Shown: in pieces, positions 38,739-48,024 of the stretch
How the letters are laid out: every line of letters begins with the position of its first letter
Position numbering within the stretch: position 1 is the first letter of the stretch
Assembly (NCBI GenBank): GCA_965238075.1
Contig: OZ250173.1
Location: forward strand, 2,336,001-2,400,000
Source of the DNA: Candidatus Entotheonellaceae bacterium
Lineage (GTDB): Bacteria; Tectomicrobia; Entotheonellia; Entotheonellales; Entotheonellaceae
DNA: 64,000 nucleotides
Direction of reading: 5' to 3'
The notes under the pieces: model-generated
The model's database searches: none
What the model was told of the DNA's origin: nothing
What the model saw: only the letters and a program-made list of their open reading frames with translations
Made by a program: the position numbers and the translations under genes

Positions 38739-40121
38739 ATGGATGGAACCCCAACGGCCCAGCCGCGGGAAATGCTGCCCCATCGCGCCCTGCCGGTGGA
38801 GGCCACCCGCCGCCTGCTGCGCCGTGAGGCATATTCCAATCTGGTGCGCTTGCTGGCCAAGCTGCACGGCAGCGAGTGCGCCGAAATTCTCCATAACATG
38901 ACGCTCAGCGAGCAGAGCAAATTGCTGGAGCGCCTGCCCGATATGGCTCTTGCCACCACCATGTTCACCTACCTCGACGAAGAGACGCGCGCCGCTCTGG
39001 TGCCGCATCTCTCTACCGCTCGCCTTGTGGCCATGGTCAAGCTCCTGCCGCCGGACGACGCCACCGACATCCTCGGCGAGATGCCCCCGGAACGCTTGAC
39101 GGAAATGCTGCATCAACTGCCCGAAGCGCTGGCTGTCCAGATCGACCGGCTGATGTCGTATGACCCGCGCACGGCCGGTGGGCTCATGACCACGCAGTAT
39201 TTTTCACTGGCGGACACGTGCACGGTCTCGGAAGCCCTGCAGCAACTCCGCAGGGCGGGGCAGGCCGAGACGGTATTCTATGTCTACGTGGTGGACAGCG
39301 AGCACCGCTTGGCCGGCGTCGTGTCGTTGCGGCAACTGGTGATGGCCGACCCCGAGAGCCGGCTGCGCGACCTCATGGAAACCGAGGTGATTCGCGTCAG
39401 CCTGGACGAACCGCAGGAGGACATCGCGCGCCTGATCACCCGGTTCGATTTCCTTGCCCTGCCGGTCGTTGATGGCCAGGGCCGCATGATGGGCATTGTA
39501 ACCGTCGATGACATCATCGACGTCATTGGCGAGGAGGCGACGGAGGACATCCTGCGCCTCGCCGGTGTTCACCCGGACGAGATGCTCGACAGTTCTTCCC
39601 GACGCACCATCCGGCACCGCCTGCCGTGGTTGTTCGTGAGCTGGCTCGGCGGCCTGCTCGCCTTGTACGTCATCAACGCCTATGAAGTCACCCTGCAAAG
39701 CATGGTCGTGCTGGCGGTGTTCTTCCCCGTGATCATCGGCATGGGCGGTAACGTGGCCACGCAATCGCTGGCTGTGGCCGTGCGCGGCTTGGCCACCGGC
39801 GCCATCGATCCGAGCAGGTTTCTCCACGCCTTGTTGCGGGAAGGCCGCGTCGGGTTGTCGTTAGGGGTGATTTATGGTGTGCTGCTGGGAGCGGTGGCGT
39901 TCGTTTGGCAGGGCACCCCGATGCTGGGGTTGGTGGTGGGCTCGGCGATCTGCGCCTCGATGACGGTCGCCGCTGTGCTGGGCGGTCTGCTGCCGCTGGC
40001 TTTCGCCCGTATCGGCATTGATCCGGCCGTGGCGAGCGGGCCGTTTCTCACCACCGCCATTGATATCATCGGCTTGGTCATGTACCTGTTTGCCGCCCAG
40101 TTTTTCTTGCTTGAAGGATAA
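38739..40121 (+). CDS. mgtE: Magnesium transporter MgtE
   Basis: AGGLMT, CBS pair, GMGGN, DPAVASGPFLTTAID. Confidence 0.93.
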   Translation: MDGTPTAQPREMLPHRALPVEATRRLLRREAYSNLVRLLAKLHGSECAEILHNMTLSEQSKLLERLPDMALATTMFTYLDEETRAALVPHLSTARLVAMVKLLPPDDATDILGEMPPERLTEMLHQLPEALAVQIDRLMSYDPRTAGGLMTTQYFSLADTCTVSEALQQLRRAGQAETVFYVYVVDSEHRLAGVVSLRQLVMADPESRLRDLMETEVIRVSLDEPQEDIARLITRFDFLALPVVDGQGRMMGIVTVDDIIDVIGEEATEDILRLAGVHPDEMLDSSSRRTIRHRLPWLFVSWLGGLLALYVINAYEVTLQSMVVLAVFFPVIIGMGGNVATQSLAVAVRGLATGAIDPSRFLHALLREGRVGLSLGVIYGVLLGAVAFVWQGTPMLGLVVGSAICASMTVAAVLGGLLPLAFARIGIDPAVASGPFLTTAIDIIGLVMYLFAAQFFLLEG

Positions 40122-40168
40122 AAAAAGCCCCGCTGGGGCGGCGGTTCGCGCCGCACGGGCAGGGCTTT
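40120..40168 (-). terminator. Terminator between convergent mgtE and hypothetical gene
   Basis: A7 run, aaagccc...gggcttt outer stem with inner gcggcg/cgccgc stem. Confidence 0.6.
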
Positions 40169-40182
40169 GTATCGTCGCAGGT

Positions 40183-40656
40183 TTAGTGAAGGGCGCGCGT
40201 GGCGTGCGGCCAACGTTCGGCGATGGCTTCCTGTTGCATCGTCGTCAGCCGGGTCCATTGTGCCTGCCGGGCTGCATCGGGATCAATGTCGAGGAGTCCG
40301 CACAGGACCGCAAAATCCTGTTGATGGAAGACAAACGTGGCAGCTTCCCAGAAGCTATCGTCCAGGTTGTGCTCCAGGTCGTGTTGGGCGGTACGCAGGA
40401 CGGCGCCAAGCAGTTGCGCGCAGGCATCGTAGGGAACCGCCTCGCTGGGTACCGAACGGTAGGCCGTGCAGCTCGTGCAACTCAACCCCATCCAACCTTG
40501 ATCGGCAGCGGTGCCCAGACAGGTACTGTAGTGGACGCAGCTGTACTGGGCGTGTCCAACACTGCTGGCTTCTGGCTGAGGATTCGGTGTCGGGGTGGCT
40601 TCAATGGAGCCGAGACCGACGGCGGCGGGAAACGATGACAGGGATTGTCGGTGCAT
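40183..40656 (-). CDS. Hypothetical Cys-rich protein
   Basis: AGGAG RBS; C-x5-C...W-x3-SC-x2-C motif followed by a helical domain. Confidence 0.7.
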   Translation of the reverse strand: MHRQSLSSFPAAVGLGSIEATPTPNPQPEASSVGHAQYSCVHYSTCLGTAADQGWMGLSCTSCTAYRSVPSEAVPYDACAQLLGAVLRTAQHDLEHNLDDSFWEAATFVFHQQDFAVLCGLLDIDPDAARQAQWTRLTTMQQEAIAERWPHATRALH

Positions 40657-40773
40657 CCCTTGCAACTCCTTAATTTAGCAGCGTTCTATCGTCCTGCATG
40701 GCAGGAGACCACCGCTTTCATAATGTGGGTAAAGGTGTGTACAAGTAATCCATAAAGGTAACACACCATGCGG

Positions 40774-41328
40774 TTATCGGCAACGATTTTCGCTCAGGAT
40801 GGCGGCGAGCGCGTCCGCGTACGCCTCGTATGTCCGGTCGTCAAAAAGGACGAATCGCACCAGTTGCGGCTGGCCATGCAGCCGCAGATAGGCTGCCACG
40901 GTGTGCAACGCGATGTGAGCGGCTTGCTGTAGTGGGTAGGCATAGGCGCCGGTTGAAAGCGAAGGGAAGGCGAGGCTGGCGCATTGCTGGGCGCCAGCGA
41001 TTTCGAGACTGCGCCGATACGCGCTTGCCAGTAACGATTCCTCCTGATTTTGCCCATCTTTCCAGATCGGTCCTACGGTATGAATGACGTATCGTGCCGG
41101 CAACTTGCCGGCTCCGGTGACGACCGCGTCTCCCGTTGGACAGCCTTGCGGATAACGTCGCTGCGTCTCTTCCATGATGCCGGGACCGCCGCCGCGGTGA
41201 ATGGCGCCGTCCACACCCCCGCCTCCGGCGAGCCGACTGTTGGCTGCATTGACGATGGCGTCGGTCGCCTGGCGGGTAATGTCGCCGGTGACCAATTCCA
41301 ATTTGCATGCGTCGATGGTTGCCTGCAT
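40774..41328 (-). CDS. Macro-domain O-acetyl-ADP-ribose deacetylase (YmdB-like)
   Basis: GDIT, AIVNAAN, GGGGVDGAIH, HTVGP, STGAY. Confidence 0.93.
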   Translation of the reverse strand: MQATIDACKLELVTGDITRQATDAIVNAANSRLAGGGGVDGAIHRGGGPGIMEETQRRYPQGCPTGDAVVTGAGKLPARYVIHTVGPIWKDGQNQEESLLASAYRRSLEIAGAQQCASLAFPSLSTGAYAYPLQQAAHIALHTVAAYLRLHGQPQLVRFVLFDDRTYEAYADALAAILSENRCR

Positions 41329-41465
41329 CGCTCCTCTCCCCCTGGGTGTGATGACTCCCTGTGGACCGCCCTTTTCCTTGTTCCAACCAGTTTACCTATC
41401 GTAGAATGCCGCCCTTGAGAATGCGAGCGCAGCGTGTTGAATGCCCACCCAGGAGAAGATGATTC

Positions 41466-44400
41466 ATGCCGTTTCAGGACGTCCCCGCCAAAGTTGACGA
41501 CTACGCCAAACAGGAACACGAGGTGCTGCAGTTGTGGAAAGACACCGACGCTTTCCAAACCCTGCGCACCTTGCATGCCAGGCAGCCGAAATGGTCCTTT
41601 CTGGACGGGCCGGTGACGGCCAACAACCCGCTCGGCGTGCACCACGGCTGGGGGCGGACGTACAAGGACGTGTTCAACCGTTTCTGGACCATGCGCGGCC
41701 GGGAACTGCGCTACCAGAACGGTTTCGATTGCCAGGGGCTATGGGTCGAGGTGGAGGTGGAGAAGGAACTGGGCTTCCGGTCCAAGCGCGACATCGAAAC
41801 CTACGGCCTGGACGCCTTCGTGCGCAAATGCAAGGAGCGGGTGTTGCGGTTTGCCGCCGTGCAGACGGAACAATCCATACGGCTGGGCTATTGGATGGAC
41901 TGGAACGACCCGGATCACTTGCGCGAGTTGGCTACCGCTTTAATGGAAAATCCCTCGCAGCGCATGACCGTGCAGGGCCCTCGAGGCGAGGTGACGGACA
42001 CTGCGGAGCAATTGGTCGGGCGCCTGGGCATGCCGGACCTCGGCGGCAGCTACTTCACGTTCTCGAACGAAAACAACTACATGATCTGGTCCTTCCTCAA
42101 GCAGTGCTGGCAGCGCGGCTGGCTGTACCGCGGCGCCGACGTGATGCCGTGGTGCTCGCGCTGCGCCACCGGCATCAGCCAGCACGAGATCGTCACCGAC
42201 GGGTATCAGGACCTCACCCACACGTCCATGACCCTGCGCCTGCCGTTGCGCGGGCGGCAACGGGAATCCCTGCTGGTGTGGACCACAACGCCCTGGACGC
42301 TGCCCAGCAACGTGGTGGCGGCGGTTGGCCCGGAGCTCACGTACGTCAAGGTCAGACAGGGCGACGAGGTGTTCTATCTGTCCAAGGGAACCCTGCACAT
42401 GCTGCGCGGGGCGTATGAGGTCCTGGGCGAGATGCCGGGCTCGATGCTCAAAGGCTGGACGTATGACGGCCCCTTTGATCACCTGGAGGCGGCTCGTCAA
42501 CCCGGCGGCAACGGCGCCCTGCGGGACCTCGCGCAAGACGTGTCGGCATGCGCCGCCGAGGCGCACCGCGTTGTGTTGTGGGATGAGGTCAGCGAGACCG
42601 AGGGGACCGGCATTGTGCACGTCGCGCCCGGCTGCGGCGCCGAGGACTTCCGGCTGGGCAAGGAGCACAACCTGCCGATTCTGGCCCCCCTCGACGAGGA
42701 AGGATACGTCCTTGCCGGCTTCGGCGACTTCACCGGCCAGCACGTCTCGGAGCTTCTGGACGGCATCCGGCAGACGCTCACCGACTCGGGGCGCCTGTAC
42801 CACGTCGAGCCCTACACGCACCGTTACCCGACCTGCTGGCGCTGCGCCACCGAGCTGGTCTTTCGCCTGGTGGACGAGTGGTTCATCAACATGGACGAAT
42901 TGCGCCACGCCATGATGGAGGTAACCAAGCAGATCCGCTGGATTCCCGCCTTCGGCCTGGACCGCGAGCTCGACTGGCTGCGCAACATGCACGACTGGAT
43001 GATCAGCAAGAAACGCTACTGGGGCCTGGCCCTGCCGTTCTGGGAATGCGCTGCCTGCGGCCATTACGAGGTGATTGGCGATGACCAGGAACTCGCGGTG
43101 CGGGCGGTGGCGGGCTGGGAGGATTTCGAGGGGCACACTCCTCACCGGCCGTACATCGATGCGGTCAAGATCGCCTGCTCAACGTGCGGCGGCCAGATGC
43201 AGCGCATCACCGACGTGGCGAACCCGTGGCTGGACGCCGGTATCGTCAGCTTCAGCACCCTGGGTTACCGCACCGACCGCGAGGCGTGGCGCGATTGGTA
43301 CCCGGCGCACTGGATCAGCGAGTCATTCCCCGGCCAGTTCCGCAACTGGTTCTACAGCCTGCTGGCCATGGGCACGGTGCTGGAGAACAGCCCGCCGTTC
43401 AAGGAATGCTTCGGGTACGCCACGCTGATTGCCGAAGACGGGCGGGCGATGCATAAGAGTTGGGGCAACGCCATCGAGTTCAACGAGGCCGCTGACCGCA
43501 TGGGTGTCGACGTCATGCGCTGGTTGTACTGCGCGCACAAGCCCGAGAACAATTTACCATTCGGTTACCAGCGGGCCGATGACGTGCGCCGGCAGTTCCT
43601 CATTCCGCTGTGGAACATGTACAGCTTCTTCGTCACCTACGCGAATCTCGACGGCTGGGAGCCCGGCCGGGAGGGATTCGAGCCCGGACGCCCGGAGGGC
43701 TCGACGCCGCACAGCGACAACATCCTGGATACGTGGATTGTGGCGCGCCTCAACCAGGTCACGGAGCGCTGCACGACAAGCCTGCAGGACTCGGACACGC
43801 ACGCCGCTACCCTGGCCATCGCGGCGTTTCTGGACGATCTGAGCAACTGGTACATCCGCCGCAGCCGCCGGCGCTATTGGAAAAGCACGCACGACGCGGA
43901 CAAACACACGGCCTACGCCACGCTCCACCACGTGCTGGTGAAACTGATCAAGCTTCTCGCACCGCTGACGCCGTTCGTCACCGAGGTGATGTACCAGAAC
44001 CTGGTGCGCGCCATGCAGCCGGGGGCTTATGACAGCGTGCATCACTGCGATTGGCCCGAGGTGGATGCCGTTGTCGTGGACACCACGCTGCTGGACCAGA
44101 TGGCCCTGGCCCGGCAGATCACCAGCCTGGGGCTGGGATCCCGAGGCAGCGCCAATATCAAGGTGCGCCAGCCCCTGGCGGCGGCGTTGGCTTATGTGCA
44201 GGAGGGTGAGACGGTGTGGAGCGAGACGTACACGGCGATTGTGTGCGAGGAGTTGAACGTCAAATCGCTGCAATTTGTTGAGCACGAGGTGCAGCTGCTG
44301 AGCTATGAGGTGCTTCCCAACAATAAGCTGCTCGGTCCGCGATTGGGGGCGGTCTTGCCCCATGTACGCGCGGCGCTGACCCATATCGATCCGGGAACGG

Positions 44401-44855
44401 TAGTGCAGCAGGTGCAGTCCGGCAATCCCGTGACGCTGACCGTTGACGGTGAGGTGTTGGAGCTTGCCCCCGACGAGGTGCTCATCCGCACCCACCCCGC
44501 CGCCGGGTTGGCGGTCGCCACCGACCGCGGCGTCACCGTTGCCGTGGAAACCGACATCACCCCGGCGCTGCGCACCGAAGGCTTGGCCCGCGAGCTGGTA
44601 CGCCGGATTCAGGTCATGCGCCGCGACGCCGGATTCAACATTGCCGACCGCATCGTTACCTACGGCCTCTGCGAGGGGCCGCTGGCCGACGCTCTGCTCA
44701 CCTGGAGCGATTACCTCAAGGCCGAAACCCTCAGCACCGACCTCGTCGCCAGTGCGCCTCCCCCCGAAGCATACAGCGAGGAGCACCGTATCGACGGTAT
44801 GACCATCATGCTCGGCGTGCAGCGCCAGGCGGCTGCCGCGTCACCGGGTGTATAA
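41466..44855 (+). CDS. ileS: Isoleucine-tRNA ligase, type 2
   Basis: DGPVTAN, GFDCQG, WTTTPWTLPSN, GTGIVH, DWMISKKRYWG, SNWYIRRSRRR; IleRS2-type C-terminus without Zn finger. Confidence 0.95.
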   Translation: MPFQDVPAKVDDYAKQEHEVLQLWKDTDAFQTLRTLHARQPKWSFLDGPVTANNPLGVHHGWGRTYKDVFNRFWTMRGRELRYQNGFDCQGLWVEVEVEKELGFRSKRDIETYGLDAFVRKCKERVLRFAAVQTEQSIRLGYWMDWNDPDHLRELATALMENPSQRMTVQGPRGEVTDTAEQLVGRLGMPDLGGSYFTFSNENNYMIWSFLKQCWQRGWLYRGADVMPWCSRCATGISQHEIVTDGYQDLTHTSMTLRLPLRGRQRESLLVWTTTPWTLPSNVVAAVGPELTYVKVRQGDEVFYLSKGTLHMLRGAYEVLGEMPGSMLKGWTYDGPFDHLEAARQPGGNGALRDLAQDVSACAAEAHRVVLWDEVSETEGTGIVHVAPGCGAEDFRLGKEHNLPILAPLDEEGYVLAGFGDFTGQHVSELLDGIRQTLTDSGRLYHVEPYTHRYPTCWRCATELVFRLVDEWFINMDELRHAMMEVTKQIRWIPAFGLDRELDWLRNMHDWMISKKRYWGLALPFWECAACGHYEVIGDDQELAVRAVAGWEDFEGHTPHRPYIDAVKIACSTCGGQMQRITDVANPWLDAGIVSFSTLGYRTDREAWRDWYPAHWISESFPGQFRNWFYSLLAMGTVLENSPPFKECFGYATLIAEDGRAMHKSWGNAIEFNEAADRMGVDVMRWLYCAHKPENNLPFGYQRADDVRRQFLIPLWNMYSFFVTYANLDGWEPGREGFEPGRPEGSTPHSDNILDTWIVARLNQVTERCTTSLQDSDTHAATLAIAAFLDDLSNWYIRRSRRRYWKSTHDADKHTAYATLHHVLVKLIKLLAPLTPFVTEVMYQNLVRAMQPGAYDSVHHCDWPEVDAVVVDTTLLDQMALARQITSLGLGSRGSANIKVRQPLAAALAYVQEGETVWSETYTAIVCEELNVKSLQFVEHEVQLLSYEVLPNNKLLGPRLGAVLPHVRAALTHIDPGTVVQQVQSGNPVTLTVDGEVLELAPDEVLIRTHPAAGLAVATDRGVTVAVETDITPALRTEGLARELVRRIQVMRRDAGFNIADRIVTYGLCEGPLADALLTWSDYLKAETLSTDLVASAPPPEAYSEEHRIDGMTIMLGVQRQAAAASPGV

Positions 44856-44883
44856 CGATTTCGTCCGCGGGAGGAGAAAAATC

Positions 44884-46188
44884 ATGCCAATGGACAAATC
44901 CTCACCCTCGAATGCCCCGGATCTCCACGAATTCTTCGCCGCTGACCCGCTTGCAGCGGACTACACTTTCTTTGGACGCGAGTCGTACGCCGACCGGCGC
45001 GGCTTTCTGCGGGGCGCCGGGCTTGCCGCCATGGCGGCGATGGTGGGTGCAGCGATCCCGTTCCACCACAACATGCCGGCAGGATTCATCCCGGCCGCAT
45101 TCGCCGACGAGAACGTGCTGGTTGGGAAGGACGGATTGACGCTGCTGAACGACCGGCCGGTCAACGCCGAGACCCCACCGCATCTGCTGGACGACTCGAT
45201 CACCCCGACCCCTCGCCATTTCATTCGCAACAACGGCATCCCGCCATCCGAAGTGGCTCCGAACACCTGGACGCTTACCGTCGACGGACTCGTCCACCGT
45301 CCCATGACCTTATCGATTGCTGATCTTCAGTCGATGTTCGAGGTTGTCACGATGGCCCTTGCCATCGAATGCGGGGGCAACGGGCGGGCCTTTTTCAACC
45401 CGCCGGCAAGGGGCAACCAGTGGACCTACGGCGCGATAGCCTGTTCGGAGTGGACGGGAGTGCGACTCAAGGACGTGCTGGAGGCGGCTGGCGTGCAGCC
45501 CAACGTTGTCTACACCGCCCACGTCGGCGGTGACGCGCATCTCTCCAGGCAGCCGGACAAGCTTCCCATCTCGCGCGGCGTTCCGATTGCCAAGGCGATG
45601 ACGGACAACGTGCTCATCGCCTTTGGCCAAAACGGCGGCCCGATTCATCCGATGAACGGGGCGCCGCTGCGCCTCGTCGTCCCCGGCTGGCCGGGGTCGT
45701 GCTCGCAGAAATGGCTCCGGCGCATCTACCTCCGCGATGTCGTCCACGATGGGCCCAAGATGACCGGCACCTCGTACCGCGTGCCGCGCTACAAGATCGA
45801 GCCGGGCGAGAAGGTCGACAAAAAAGATTTCGTCATCATCGAACGGATGCCCGTCAAATCCCTTATTACCCATCCCGCGAACGGGGTGGAGGCGGGGCGC
45901 GCCGTCGAGGTGCGCGGTCATGCCTGGTCGGGGGACCGGACGGTCACCGCCGTCGATGTCTCCTATGACTTTGGTGCGACCTGGATGCCGGCCACGCTCG
46001 ATGCTCCCGCCAACGATGGTGCTTGGCAGAACTTTCGCGCCAACGTGGTGCTGCCCGCAGCCGGGTACTACGAAGTCTGGGCGCGGGCGACCGACAGCGC
46101 CGGGGTGATGCAGCCCCACGCCATCGACTGGAATGCCAAGGGATACCTCAACAACACGATGCACCGGGTCGCCCTTCGGGTATCGTGA
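44884..46188 (+). CDS. Periplasmic sulfite oxidase-family molybdoenzyme (SorT/SorA-like)
   Basis: Tat motif DRRGFL, FIRNNG, Mo-Cys ECGGN, NGAPLRL, SQKWL, Ig-like C-domain. Confidence 0.88.
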   Translation: MPMDKSSPSNAPDLHEFFAADPLAADYTFFGRESYADRRGFLRGAGLAAMAAMVGAAIPFHHNMPAGFIPAAFADENVLVGKDGLTLLNDRPVNAETPPHLLDDSITPTPRHFIRNNGIPPSEVAPNTWTLTVDGLVHRPMTLSIADLQSMFEVVTMALAIECGGNGRAFFNPPARGNQWTYGAIACSEWTGVRLKDVLEAAGVQPNVVYTAHVGGDAHLSRQPDKLPISRGVPIAKAMTDNVLIAFGQNGGPIHPMNGAPLRLVVPGWPGSCSQKWLRRIYLRDVVHDGPKMTGTSYRVPRYKIEPGEKVDKKDFVIIERMPVKSLITHPANGVEAGRAVEVRGHAWSGDRTVTAVDVSYDFGATWMPATLDAPANDGAWQNFRANVVLPAAGYYEVWARATDSAGVMQPHAIDWNAKGYLNNTMHRVALRVS

Positions 46189-46205
46189 GCCGGCATGGTG
46201 GGTTG

Positions 46206-46631
46206 ATGAAGACGCAATGGCCGCGGCGTGTCCTGGTCCGAGCGACCAAGTCGAGGCAGAGGGGCATCGCCTGGACTGTCGGGCGCGTTTTTGTCGATGT
46301 GATTGCCGTTCTCGTCGTTGCGGTCTGCGTGGCTGCCGGCGAGGATTCGGAGGAGATGGGAATCGTGACGGCGAGCCAATCGGAATCGCCTAACTTTGGC
46401 GTCCTCGTGGCGGGTGACGGTGCGGCAGAGACCTATGCCTATTGCATCGCCTGTCACTCCGAACGCCTTGTTGCCCAGCAGGGCCTGACCCGGCAAGGTT
46501 GGGAGGAGGTCATCGAGCTCATGGTGGAAGAGCACGGAATGGCCCCAATCGAAGCGCCCGCCCTCGCCCGGGTGCTTGGCTATCTTTCGACCCATTACGG
46601 TCCCGACCGCCCGAACTTTCCGCTGCAATAG
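46206..46631 (+). CDS. Monoheme cytochrome c (SorU/SorB-like)
   Basis: CIACH, axial Met region WEEVIELM...HGM, YLSTHYG; start uncertain. Confidence 0.82.
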   Translation: MKTQWPRRVLVRATKSRQRGIAWTVGRVFVDVIAVLVVAVCVAAGEDSEEMGIVTASQSESPNFGVLVAGDGAAETYAYCIACHSERLVAQQGLTRQGWEEVIELMVEEHGMAPIEAPALARVLGYLSTHYGPDRPNFPLQ

Positions 46632-46674
46632 GCGAGTTGGACGGAGGATCGGAACCGTCATGACATGAATGCCG

Positions 46675-46714
46675 ACTGAGAAAGGAACCCACTAACTGAG
46701 AAAGGAACCCACTA
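46675..46714 (+). repeat. Perfect 20-bp tandem duplication containing an RBS
   Basis: actgagaaaggaacccacta twice, immediately before ATG 46715. Confidence 0.95.
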
Positions 46715-47104
46715 ATGGAAGGGCGCCGCCGCCGAGAATATTGCTGGATCTGCCGACGGGGAACCGTTCACATCTTCACCCACACCTTGCAAGAAGACGT
46801 CGCCACCGGCGAGTACGCCCTGTGCGAAGCGTGCCAGCCGTTCGACCCCATTGCCTGCCATTTCCAGGAGCGCTTCTGGCGCCTCCTTGGCTGTCCGCCG
46901 GGTTGCTGGACGTTCATCGGCTGTTTCTCTGCCGCTTGGAAACAGTGTTACTCCAGCGACCGTTACGACTCCCCCACCGACGTCGATCAACAAGAAATTA
47001 TCCGTCAATTCGACGCGCTCGAGTTCGACATCGAGGAACTGAAACAAGGCACCAAAACCCAGGCACGCGAGTGGCCCTATTGGACCCACGATTTTCCCGA
47101 ATAA
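46715..47104 (+). CDS. Hypothetical protein with CxxC...CxxC (zinc-ribbon-like)
   Basis: AAGGA RBS; CWIC, CEAC, 9 Cys in total. Confidence 0.65.
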   Translation: MEGRRRREYCWICRRGTVHIFTHTLQEDVATGEYALCEACQPFDPIACHFQERFWRLLGCPPGCWTFIGCFSAAWKQCYSSDRYDSPTDVDQQEIIRQFDALEFDIEELKQGTKTQAREWPYWTHDFPE

Positions 47105-48007
47105 TCAGCCGTAGGGCAGGAACGGGCCGAGGACCAGTGCAGCGGACAGGAGCAGGCCGAAGCGTAGGTGCAGCTGGGCGGTGCCGCGCAGGCCTTGATG
47201 CAGGTCGGGGCGCTCCGTGCTCTGGCAGACCTTTCGGGCAGCGGCAACGGCCTGGGGTAGGACGAGGAACGGGGCGAGCCAGGGCCAGGGGCCGAGGCGG
47301 GTGAGTACCAGCAAGGCGATGCTGGCAAAGGCGATCAGGAGTAAGGCGCAATAGAGCAGGATAACAGGTTGCCGGCCCCATAGATGCACGAGGGTCGTCT
47401 TGCCGCTGTGGCGATCTTCATTGGCGTCGCGGAGGTTGTTGGCGATGAGAATGGCCGTCACCAGGCAGGCGACCGGCAGGGATAGCCAGACGGCGGGCCA
47501 GGTCAGGGTTTGGGTCTGGACGTAGAAGCTGCCGAGCACCATGACCGGTCCCATGAAGACGAAGACCAGGGGCTCTCCCAAGGCCATGTTGCCCAAGGGG
47601 AGGGGGCCGGCGCTGTAGCAGTAGGCAACGCCGACGCTGGCCAGGCAGACGACGGCCAGCGGCCAGCCGGTTTGGGTCACGAGATACACGCCAATTAGCG
47701 CCGCGAGGCCGAAGCAGGTCAGCGCGCCCCGCATGACGGCGGCAGGCGTCAGCAGGCCGCGGGCGATTACCTTGTACGGCGCTTGCACCTTATGTTGGGC
47801 GGTGTCGGCGTCGTGATCGGCGTATTCGTCGGTGAGGTTGGTGCCGCACTGCACGAGAACCGAGCCGATCAGCACCAGGATGAACAGAAAGGCGTGAAAG
47901 GCCCCGGACTGGGCGGCCAATAGGCTGCCGACCAGCACCGGAACCACCGCGGCGCTGAGGGTGAAGGGCCGGATGGCCTGAAACCAGACGCGCATCGATT
48001 TCCGCAT
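47105..48007 (-). CDS. menA: 1,4-dihydroxy-2-naphthoate prenyltransferase
   Basis: IRPFTL, NLTDEYAD, YSAGPLPL, NNLRDANED, GKTTL. Confidence 0.9.
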   Translation of the reverse strand: MRKSMRVWFQAIRPFTLSAAVVPVLVGSLLAAQSGAFHAFLFILVLIGSVLVQCGTNLTDEYADHDADTAQHKVQAPYKVIARGLLTPAAVMRGALTCFGLAALIGVYLVTQTGWPLAVVCLASVGVAYCYSAGPLPLGNMALGEPLVFVFMGPVMVLGSFYVQTQTLTWPAVWLSLPVACLVTAILIANNLRDANEDRHSGKTTLVHLWGRQPVILLYCALLLIAFASIALLVLTRLGPWPWLAPFLVLPQAVAAARKVCQSTERPDLHQGLRGTAQLHLRFGLLLSAALVLGPFLPYG

Positions 48008-48024
48008 ACGTACTCCTGCCATGC

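Noticed and set aside
41329..41465. T-box riboswitch upstream of ileS
   Set aside because: Only about 60 nt follow the likely -10 (TAGAAT); no T-box consensus or terminator
46023..47104. Prophage remnant around the zinc-ribbon orphan
   Set aside because: No integrase, structural genes or att pair
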